Shown in pieces: positions 53,136 through 64,000 of a stretch of 64,000 nt of DNA. Within the stretch, counting starts at the first letter, position 1. Each line of letters begins with the position of its first letter. Both the position numbers and the translations under genes were made by a program. The notes under the pieces were generated by a model that had not been told where the DNA came from, made no database searches, and saw nothing but the letters and a program-made list of their open reading frames with translations. This DNA is from Phoronis australis (Eukaryota > Animalia > Phoronida). The DNA is taken from the NCBI GenBank assembly GCA_002633005.1, contig NMRA01000028.1, positions 1,201,556 to 1,265,555 on the forward strand. Direction: 5' to 3'.

Positions 53136-56100
53136 GTTAGTGTCCCCAACCACAACACAGCCAATAGTCACTTTAGCAAATAAAGTTCAGCTACAAATCA
53201 TTAAACCCTAGTGCCATACCAGCAAACACAAAAGGCGCGGTACATTATTCCACACACGCGCCGAAAATACTCCATTCTTTGACACCAATCTCCAAACCTG
53301 GGTACCCGATTCCTCGCCCGAACCGAGGTTGATATGACTTAAAACATAGACTTTGCAGGACAAGAAGTCAGAAAACTCCTGTTTTGACGGTAGAGTGCCC
53401 AATGTTATTTCTTAATCAGAAGCCACGGATCCAATTACTGTCTTGTGCCCTGGGCCCGCAATTGCTCAACACTGCTTTGGGGTTGGGTAGGCATTCACAA
53501 TAGAAGTGTTATTACAACCTGCATATGACACACACTTCCAAAACTCCGTTACGCTATGTCCCCTACCACGCAAACACGTTCCCAGAGCACCCTAACGTGG
53601 CCAATGGCGTAGGAATGAACGCAAACAGGTAACATCGGCCATAGACGTACATTTCGCTAAACACCGTTCTCGGATATCTGTGTTACTCAGGTAGTAGCAC
53701 GTGTTTTCAACGTTTATTCGGTTCCCAGTCAGGTTTGGCCGCTTTGCCAAAATTCTTAGAAGACGTAGTGAGCACTCACTTGGTGTCTCCGACTTGCTTC
53801 AAGATGTAACTTCAAACCATTTTAAAACAACAGTCTGACGAGAACAACCTTGAGAACATAAAAAACGCAACTGATTGAAACTTGAACGACGTAATCAACG
53901 GACTGCAGACGATGAGAGGTATTACATGGCAGACGAACTATCTTGTTAAGTGTCTGCGTGTAGGTGGGTGGGTGTGGGAGCATTGGCGTGCCGAAACAAG
54001 GAAGTATGCAGTAAAATTTAATGGCCAGCGGCGAACTGATCCAATATGTCAAGGAGGGAATAAAAATAACACATTTTCGCTTGACACTGAGTTACGACTT
54101 CTACATAGTTTCCACTTTTCGTTATTATTTGTTTTTTAGACTGTTACCACTAAAAAACGGAGCCTTCCCAATTTCCCGTCTCCTCGTCTAGATGAGGTGC
54201 ACATTTGTATCTGTCCACAAACGTAATCTTCTCACTTGAGTAGCTTACGACATTGTTTCCGTAACACTTGAGTCCGCATTCAACACTTTACTATATGGTC
54301 CCAGGGGACCCACCCTCTTCACCCGGATCCTTATGCTTCTTTGAATCGGTCAGTGTAGTTGGACGCAATAACCAAGTATCGTTTCTTTCCCTAGGGGTAT
54401 TCGACAGTATTTCTGGTGGGGGATAGCAGCGGGGAACCTACGATCAGGCCTATTTAAAGAGTGGACACAAGAGATAACACATTTGTAGAGAGATTTCATG
54501 AAAAATCACAAAGTCTGAATCAGTACAAGACGAGGTGCCACGTTGTCAAAAATAAGTGCATCTTTGAACCAAAATTTCAAAAAAAACAAAACACTTAGTG
54601 AAGATTTGTGTAATTGGGAAAGGAACCGTTTGCGAAGTCTCGAATACCCAAAGTGAACACTTACGTAAGGAATTATGTTGGAACGGGCGCTTTTTTGTAG
54701 AGAAACCGGTCGTGACAGAGTCACCCACGTGACCGGCACATCCCGTGTACATCTTCTATGGAAGTAAACTCAGGCTTCTCTTTAAAATTGATGGTGTTAG
54801 GTGCGTAATTGTTTTAGACCCAGCAAATCTGGATTCTTGTCAATCAATTGGCTCATCTTCGACTCGTCATGTCAGCCGAGTGTCAGGTGCAAGAGGTTTT
54901 TGAGAGGAAGCAAACAATCCGATTCGTTAAGTCCCAACGATGTGACGGAAACACACACGGTCAAATTTACACTGGCTAATGCACTGCGCTTCAGATTAAA
55001 AGGCAACCACAGGCGATCCCTTAAACGTCAGATTATGAAATAGAGAACCCAAGAACAGAGAACGCCTGATTCCATTTACATTTTCAATTAAGGTGTCAGA
55101 AATATTTTGAGACAATGCATAGGCATTTCATAATTGACACATAGCAACGTAGAAACGGACCACGGGTAGTCAGAGACACGAGATCAGATTTTGTTTCCTA
55201 AAACTTTGAGGCAAAATTTGGAGGAAACGATTTCAGTGAACAGTTTCACAGGAAAATTCGCAAGCTATTCTAATTACGAAAAAAGAAAACATCGAGACAA
55301 TGCAGTAATGTGCAACACCGTCATAAATCAACCCAACCTGTAATACCATGTCATGCTATCCTGTAATGCTAAGTACCCTGGATGGGATGTTGATTCCGTC
55401 ACTAGTCATGAACGCCATGGGCACGGGCCCTTTTTAATATACAGGACGTTCTACACGCATGATTTTCTTAAGAACATGACAGAATGATTGCGTATTCAGC
55501 ACGACACTGCACCTCATGAATGGGGCATTTATTGTTACGCCGTCACAAGCCACTTGCGTGGAGAGTGCATGCTTTTGTATTGTATGAAAATTTTAAAGTA
55601 CAAATCAATTTTTCTCAGAGGATTTCAGCCCACATAAAACATGATCCCTGAATTTCCGGTACAAGATAGAGATTTTGTGGAAATACGGCCCATAGTATGG
55701 GTGACCTAGTCAAGTTGACCACGGTAGGCTTGTTGTTCCTTGGCAACTTGAAGGGATACTCTTTGACGTGTAGATCGGGGACAAGTGGCTCAATTTTAAA
55801 TGATCCATGGACTCCGCTAAGCTCATACTTAATTTAACATAAATTGGTATCACAAATCTGCCTATTAGCAAATTTTTGCACTTAGTGCAAACTTAGTCTC
55901 TCAGCGATCCACCATTTCGGGAAATCCATAATATTGACCTGATCAAGAAAATGGGTCAGTCAGGGCTGCATTCAGTAAACGCAAGAAAATAACGAGAGCG
56001 CAAGATCACGCAAATCTTCGTGAAATGTCACCATGCATTACAACGAAGCAAGTGATCAAACTTGACGAACGGAACTTCACCAGACGCGTTTTTGGCTCAT

Positions 56101-58608
56101 TTGCTTTATGAAGTCCAACGGTCGATTAGTCTATTGGAAACTCCCGTTTCTTAAAAAACTCGTTTTTGTACACGATCTTGATTGGTTTTAAGGTAAACTG
56201 CAAACAAAAATAAAGTATGCATGAAAAACATTCGTGGACTAAAAGTCCCTGTAACGAACATAACGGGTTATACGTCCGAGTACTAAAGGAGTCCGTATTA
56301 AAACGACTATGACTCGTGCTGTGCCAACTGGTATTCGCAAGACATCACCGGAAGTAACTAAACAATTGTTGGGGCTTTAATAATTATTTGCCCAAAACGT
56401 TGATTAAATGGACAAAAACGACACGTGATACTGCCAGATTCCAAGAACACAACACAACCCCCTGCTTGAAAGTAGAGAGCAACGTAACGATTTGAAGGCA
56501 CCGTACGTCTTGGAAGTCTATGTAAAGGGTTCAGAGTTGTTTGAAACTCTCAGCTACCAAATAACTTGAAAATGAAATTTAACCTTTTATGAGCAGCAAA
56601 TTGTGTATTTTCACCGTATCATCCCTGCATTGACCCTAAAAATATTTCCATAAACTGCATCTTCAAGTAACTCAATATGACAGTGCTTTTTAAACCTTTA
56701 TCGGAACAATGGTTATTTTGTTCTTCTTTCAACGAAAAACGATTATGTTTCAAGTGGCTGAATAATTCCATGTAACCGGATACAGCAGAGGTAATTTTTA
56801 ATGCCCCGGTAGATATCTTAGAATGAAGTTCACCACACGGTGAGGGTAATAGGTTGGAAACAATTTATAAAATCATAAGCATAGATTTCCAGCAATGCAC
56901 TTGAAGATACGCTAGGAAAATGGGCTAATAAGAAGTAGTTGATCGCAACTAATTGTGGATCGATCGTTAGGTGTAAATAGTCCCAAACTATATAACACTC
57001 TGTTAAGGTCTGAGCCAGACGTGGTGTATATGTGTGGTGGCTAAAAACGAAAATCTAGTTAAGTGTTTTGCTTTCCGATTTCATAAAATCAGTCTCATAA
57101 TATTCTTTACCGTGACAGGGCTCTATTTCCGTAACTAACAAGAACATCGGAACCACCACCGACCCGATTCAGAGTTTATCAGGGTTGGTCAACCCTAAAA
57201 TTGCTGATTCGAAAATGGCACATATACGCATTGCCTGTGACTTGAGAGTTGGTAACGGAAATAGAATCCTATCAAGGTCAGGAATATTGCGAGACCAATC
57301 TTATGATAGTTATGGGCCCAATTCCAGTTTCGTTTTACAGCCAACTCAACAGGGCGAAATAAAGCTTGATAAGCGGCTAAACTCTATTTTAGTAAATCGT
57401 TTGGTCCAAAACTACCCTTCCGTCACTCTACGTATATTATTGGTGTGTTTGTGTTCGTTTTTGTGTTCTCAGTTGTTGATTTACTCTACACTATTTGTGA
57501 GTTCTTTTCTATTGTGTAAACGAGGCGCAGACTGCTCTTAATCTGTTTGCAGAAGTCAAATCATACATTTCACACAGTGTGATAACAAACACTTCTTGTG
57601 TCGTGTTTTGGACAACTGACACATTCTCTCAATAAAATGGGTCAAAATACAAGTTTCATTGGACGAGTACTGTGTCACAAACTGATTGTCATCTTCAAAA
57701 TGCACCCAGTGTCTGCAAATAAGCAAAGTTCCGTTTAATGTTATTGTGGTTATTAACAATTCACGATCTTATTAATAGTTGTGTTTATGCTATCACAGTA
57801 CCGTTACATCCAGTAGTTATTCATGAATTTTTCACTACAAATCAACTCATTACAGCATTCCGCACTACCAAACGCGTCAGACAGTTTTTGTCTAACAATT
57901 CTTGACTCTAATAAATGCGACACCTACTTCCTTTCAAACAAACGCAAAAATACACTCTCATACAGTTCAAGAGAAATTTGCCAGTACCAAATTACAAAAG
58001 GAATTTCCAGCTTTTAAAATGTGAAGAAAATTGTAGAGCAAAAATGGAGGATAACTTACATTAGAACGGCATAGACATCTTACGAGTGGTACGTGAAATT
58101 ACTTGGACAAGAAAAAACCGTATTCATTTGAGTATAGAAGGCCTAGCCTCAGAATCTATCACTCAGACTTCTCATAAATCTTCACCATTTCGATATTAAT
58201 TAAGGATTTATCTTACATAACGCCACACAAGCAGACGGTCATGTTAGCTGTCATTAGGCTTGACAGATTGTAAAGAATACGCATTGCTCATAAATAACAC
58301 AGGCTCAAGTGCCCGATCGACGTACGCGGTCACAGACTTTACTGCCAAGACAATAGTTCTGCACGCGCACGCCCTGGGGCGCACAGTCATCTGGTCCTTG
58401 TATATGACGTCACAGTATGCAGTTGGCGCACGTGCCATGATCCAGTGAGGGTGGTTAGTGAGCTACGAGTGTTCGCCCGCATCGACTAATTTTCGAATGT
58501 AACATGTTTAAATGAATCGATCGAAAAACACTTGGTAGATATGACATACGAACTGTTCATTGCGCAGTTCACTACAGAAAGATGTTCTAAAACTCCGGGG
58601 CTTGTTGC

Positions 58609-58691
58609 GACGTTTTTTACACAAGAGTATGACTCACGACCAGTCGTAAGTTTTGGTCTAAGTCTCCAGGTAGGCTCTGTGTAAAAACGTC
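58609..58691. mobile_element. Small palindromic MITE
   Basis: gacgttttttacacaagag / ctctgtgtaaaaacgtc arms with central acgaccagtcgt. Confidence 0.6.
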
Positions 58692-61600
58692 CTTATATTA
58701 CGACCTTTTAGCGAAACAGGCACCGGAACCAAATCCTTTGCTGTAAAATTCCGTACATAAAAACCATGGCTAATATTTGAGTATTACCTTTAACTTCAGC
58801 ATTGTATCGTTGAATTTTTAGGTGTTTCTAGAAAATGCATTATTTCTCCTATAAAGCGAAGTCTAACTTTGCAGCACGTGATGTACTGCTTTCTTTTGTT
58901 TTATTGAAAATTTTCATGGAGTGGTTCTAGCTAAGCACAAGTTTATCATCTTTGACACTACTTTCTATTGTGTAAAACTAATTGGTTGAAATACAACAAG
59001 CATGAGGACTGGCTTTAAATCAGAAGACACGACATGCTGGTCTTACATTCGGTATCATTGCATTTTGAAATGTTCCCAGAAAATGCATCGTTTCGTGTAT
59101 AAGGCACTTCTTCTTACACGGGCATGGTGTTTTGTCTGGATCTCTGTAAAACAAGTTTATTAAAAATCTATTAGACAAAAATCTAAACAATGACAAACAT
59201 GTTTAGTTGCCCTGTGAAGAATGTATTTACGGTATATTGCTTATGTCCGCTCTGTGAAGAAAACCCTACTTTTCTGCCGGAGACACGTTCAGACGTAAAC
59301 GTTCAAATTTGGGAATAGATTGCATAACCCTTCCAGCTTTTAAATACGACACTAGAATACTATTTCGGGTTTGGAATGAGTCAAAGTCGTATTGGTGACA
59401 CTGTTATTGTGAATAACATGTCATATTAAGGCGGTATGCCTTGGGCAATGCACACGGAAGGTCAAGGGGAGGTCGGCGAAACACGCTGGACGATTTAGTT
59501 ATTATTCGTCGACCACTTCTCTGTTTAAACGGCATCCAAACTAAACGTGGTTGTTTACTTTTTTATATTACGATCTTCTTAAAACTCCCCACTGGTACAA
59601 TAATATTTGACTTATTTGCATAGGTAAGAACAACAAATAAATTCGGTCAACATTGTCGGGACTTCGAGTTAATCCTAAATTACACCTGAAATTCGATACA
59701 ACGAATGGTGAAAATATAGGCGGAATTTTTATATGCCAATACGTGTGACATGGATTGTCGAAAAAAATAAAAACAGAAGGAACAATAAATTACCGGGAGA
59801 AGCGAACGCAAATTTTAATTAACAAAAATCTATAGATGTAACACGGCAAGGTAATCTATAAACACGTGATCAATGAAAACGCACGTGCTTTTGATACAGT
59901 TATTCAGTCAACGCCAGGGAATAAGTGAGAATCCAGTTGACATTCATTGCCCCAACTTTATGGTGCGTTCTGGACAGAATACTCAGTGCGACGTTGTGCA
60001 CTTAGTGGTTACTGCACTGTCGCTGTGTGAATAAATTTTAATTTCGTCCTCTGCTCAGCAACCCATCGGGTTAGCGATACCAAGTAGATAAAACGGAGGG
60101 ATAACCCTGACATCACTGAGCGGGACGTCTACCGTGGGACGGACGGTGAAGATAAATTCCCATATAAACAGCCCAGATGATCTGGTCGAGTTTGCCATGC
60201 AATATTTTAGCCAAGCCTGTGACGAGTAAATCCTGTCCCTAACCAACCGACAGCTAAGTGTGTGGGAACCGGTGTATAATCTTAATTAAAAACCCCAAGA
60301 ATTTCACGTCGCTATAGCTCCTGCGCTACAATTTAGTCACATTGCGCTCCAATTAGGACAATTTTCTCGAGTGGCCCAGTGTGAATGCAGATTACGACAC
60401 CGATCAATTAAGAAATTACACACTCAAACTCCCAGGTGAATTGTGACATTTCGTAGGATGACTTAAACATCAATTTCTACTGCGAACGTCATCCTGATAT
60501 CGTACAGGAGCTGTTATTAGTCGATCTCACCACGTGAGCAAAATTAGGAGATCGATTTGAACAACTATATTTTGTTTGAACAAGTAAAGGTTAAGACGTG
60601 TGAGTCTGAGTGAATATACAACCCCACTCACCAAGTGTGTTTTTTTGGTCTATTAGGTTAGGAACTTTTGTTACAGACTCCTGTGAATGTACGATTTAAC
60701 GTACAAATAAGTAAGAATAGTTATATTTCCAACTACCTCTAATGCAAAACTGGGACAAAACGATATCGCAAACCATTCAGAACGAACTGCCATTTATGAA
60801 TAAAAACACAGAACAAACATCACTTCTGGAAACAGTTAACGTACCACTCTTGGTACAAACTACATAAAGTAACTTCACCGTAAAATATAAGACCGTCTAA
60901 AATGTGTATTGTATGCGATATTCCATTAAATATTTACTACCTCAATGTCGATTCAATTTCACTGCGAGCTAGTTACCTTACCCGCAGTAGAACTAATAGG
61001 AAACGAAACTTTTAGGGGAATATAGACGTATAAACATGCTGTTTACAGAAGGTCGACATCAAAGGCTGAGCTGGTTTGTGTATTGCTTGCACATGTAAAT
61101 AAAACGTAATACAGTTAAAGTACACAAAGTCGACTGGCCTGCAAATCATATTGAGGTAACTTTCAATTTCAAACAGCCGACCGTAGAATTAGAGGATAAC
61201 AACTGGGTAGATAGACCATTTATTTCCATCGATTTTATGGAGCGCAGATCCAGCCAGTTAGACACGTGTTAGCCGTGGACTGAAACGCTTTATACTTCAT
61301 TTTGAATGGTCATTCCAAAATACATGTAAACTGGGATTAATTTTTGAGAGTGAATTGTTTAGCCTTCTCCCTGTACCGCCTCATTCGGCAACATTTCGCT
61401 AAGTCCTTGATTTAAGTATTCATAAATTTTGCGCAACTTTGCGAATCTTCCATTACGAAAGCACTCTATCGAAGCATTCTATTCATTCGCGATTTTTACA
61501 ACACGCTGAGTTTTCACAATGGCCAAATTTTGAGGTATTTGCTCGTTTTGCCCTGCAGGGCAGTGGGCGGAGCTCCCGAACAAATATCAACAGTCCTGTT

Positions 61601-62125
61601 TTCACACGACTGACTCGATTGAAAACCGCTACGAAATTTCATCATGATTGACAGGTAGGTAATTTACTTTTTTGTATACCGAGAAGCAAATTTCTCCATC
61701 AGTTCGCACTAAGTCTATATGCATTTCTTTTAACTCAATTACTTTAGGACATTTTTATATTTGTTTTGACTTTCACGTATAGAATTTCAGGACACAAATT
61801 CAATTTCAAAATTTACCCGCCAATAAAGCAAGCCCGTGTTTTACTATTAAAATAAATTATTTAAAGAAAATACTGAAAATGAAAATACACAGTAATTCAG
61901 AGACTGGTAAAAATTTTATTCGTCTTCCAAAGGTGGGCGTTTGAAATAGAATACTGCAGCTGGAAGTCAGAATAACCAAACGAGCCCGACACACAAAAAC
62001 GTTTAACAAAAGCTCACGTGCTCCATAAATCTCTCCCCTAACAAAACAAAAGTTAGTATGTAAAAATAAAAACCGACGCAATATTCACAAAAATACAAGT
62101 GCGCTTATGGTAAATATATCAACAT

Positions 62126-62131
62126 TTTATT
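62126..62131 (-). promoter_or_regulatory. Candidate SoxB1 polyadenylation signal (3' UTR ~1.2 kb)
   Basis: AATAAA on the minus strand followed by U/GU-rich sequence; another AATAAA is possible. Confidence 0.45.
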
Positions 62132-63327
62132 TACAACCACTCTACATTCATTCACTTTCCAAATGAAAGGTGTCGTCTTAGAAATGTATATCAGTAATTT
62201 ACAAATATTTATACTATTTACAAAGAAGTAACAGGATGTATAAGGCAAACTGGTCGGATTCTATATCATTAGCTACATGAATACAGAGGCACGATTTTAT
62301 CACGCGAGATAGGACGAATATTTTACATGCAATTACCAACAGAATAGTTAAGCTGGAATGATCAAATTCTTGTAAAATTAGCAAAATGTTTTACCATAAA
62401 ATGTGGAATGTTAAGGAACAGTACGCAATTAGAAAATAAAGAAAATGGAATAAATAAAATCGTTACCACAGAAGTGGTGGCAATAGAATAGAAACTGCAA
62501 CTTATGACACAGAAAACACAAAATGGATAATATTCTAGCAGAAAACGAGTCCTGTAGGCTGTTAACAGAATTGTAACTCGGCACAACCTACTGTTACATA
62601 AGCAAGGTTTACTGTTGGTGTATATTTACCAAAACTTGGCAAACACAGAACGCTCAAGAACAACAGTAAATATTCGCACACCTGTATATAGCGTATTGCT
62701 GTGTGCTCAGCTCAGCACGTTGAGGAGCGCAAGAGCTACTATGTCGCGTGCAAACTTCACAGAGCGTCACTAAATTCTCATAGATAATTTACTCCGCCAG
62801 AATATATACCCTCTCAACATAAAAAGCACGGGATACCACCGCGCATGGTTGCTAAAAACCTATGTTACATATACACAACTGACGTAACAGTAAGGAAAAA
62901 GATTATCGTTTGAGAAAACAATTCAGATCCTTAATTTCCATTCGGTAAGAACATATATACTCTAAATAAATGCTAAGTGGCTAGGAACAGATGTAAACAT
63001 AAAAACCTCACTTTTAAGTTCTGCACATGGAGTGGCGCTGCGCTAAACACCAGTGATACATAAACGACTTGAGCTTTAACAATAGACTAAATTTAGGTTA
63101 AAACTTCAGTTTCTTATCGTCATGATTTATGTGTGGCAATATTAACAATTTCTGGCTAGGACAAGTCGATTTATCTGCCACCGGTGTTCCTTGGTTAAAA
63201 ACAACGCCGGTTTTCTGCGCACATGAACACACTCACACACACTCGAATACTGTAAGTTTTACATAAAAAACAAATTGGCAATGGAAAGATGGCAGACAAC
63301 AAGACTAAGAACGCCAACAGTCTCTCG

Positions 63328-64000
<673 letters not shown>

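Noticed and set aside
55310-55385. Faint similarity to a mollusc SINE core (ctatcctgtaatgctaagtacc)
   Set aside because: Too short and degenerate; no tRNA head or tail found

Overview
Eukaryotic, AT-rich, intron-containing invertebrate DNA (lophotrochozoan or mollusc-like by its repeats; species not determinable). Three protein-coding genes can be built by hand: (1) a divergent 5-exon MPDU1-like PQ-loop gene (+, 270-7091, 242 aa); (2) a convergent F-box/LRR (FBXL) gene (-, six well supported exons 10761-22604 plus a probable first exon near 29412-29432); (3) the 3' part of a SoxB1 gene (-, 63328->64000) followed by a ~32 kb gene desert. The left half is transposon-dense. It holds three TTAA-flanked MITEs, several Helentron-type HINE elements whose internal ~150-bp repeats each carry a co-oriented CTCF-consensus motif, and a Hero-type RT fragment. 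It also holds a complete mini LTR element (TRIM) with tRNA-like LTRs, a tRNA-Ser PBS, a PPT and a CACT TSD, whose 5' LTR is split by a THAP-bearing TIR element that itself contains a decayed HIRAN domain. A 24-bp minisatellite made of tandem copies of a real splice donor sits at MPDU1 exon 3. A 5'-truncated Crack/Daphne-type LINE lies at ~50865-52998. Most listed ORFs are spurious; there is no CRISPR array or prokaryotic system. All alignments are by eye or from memory and need database confirmation.
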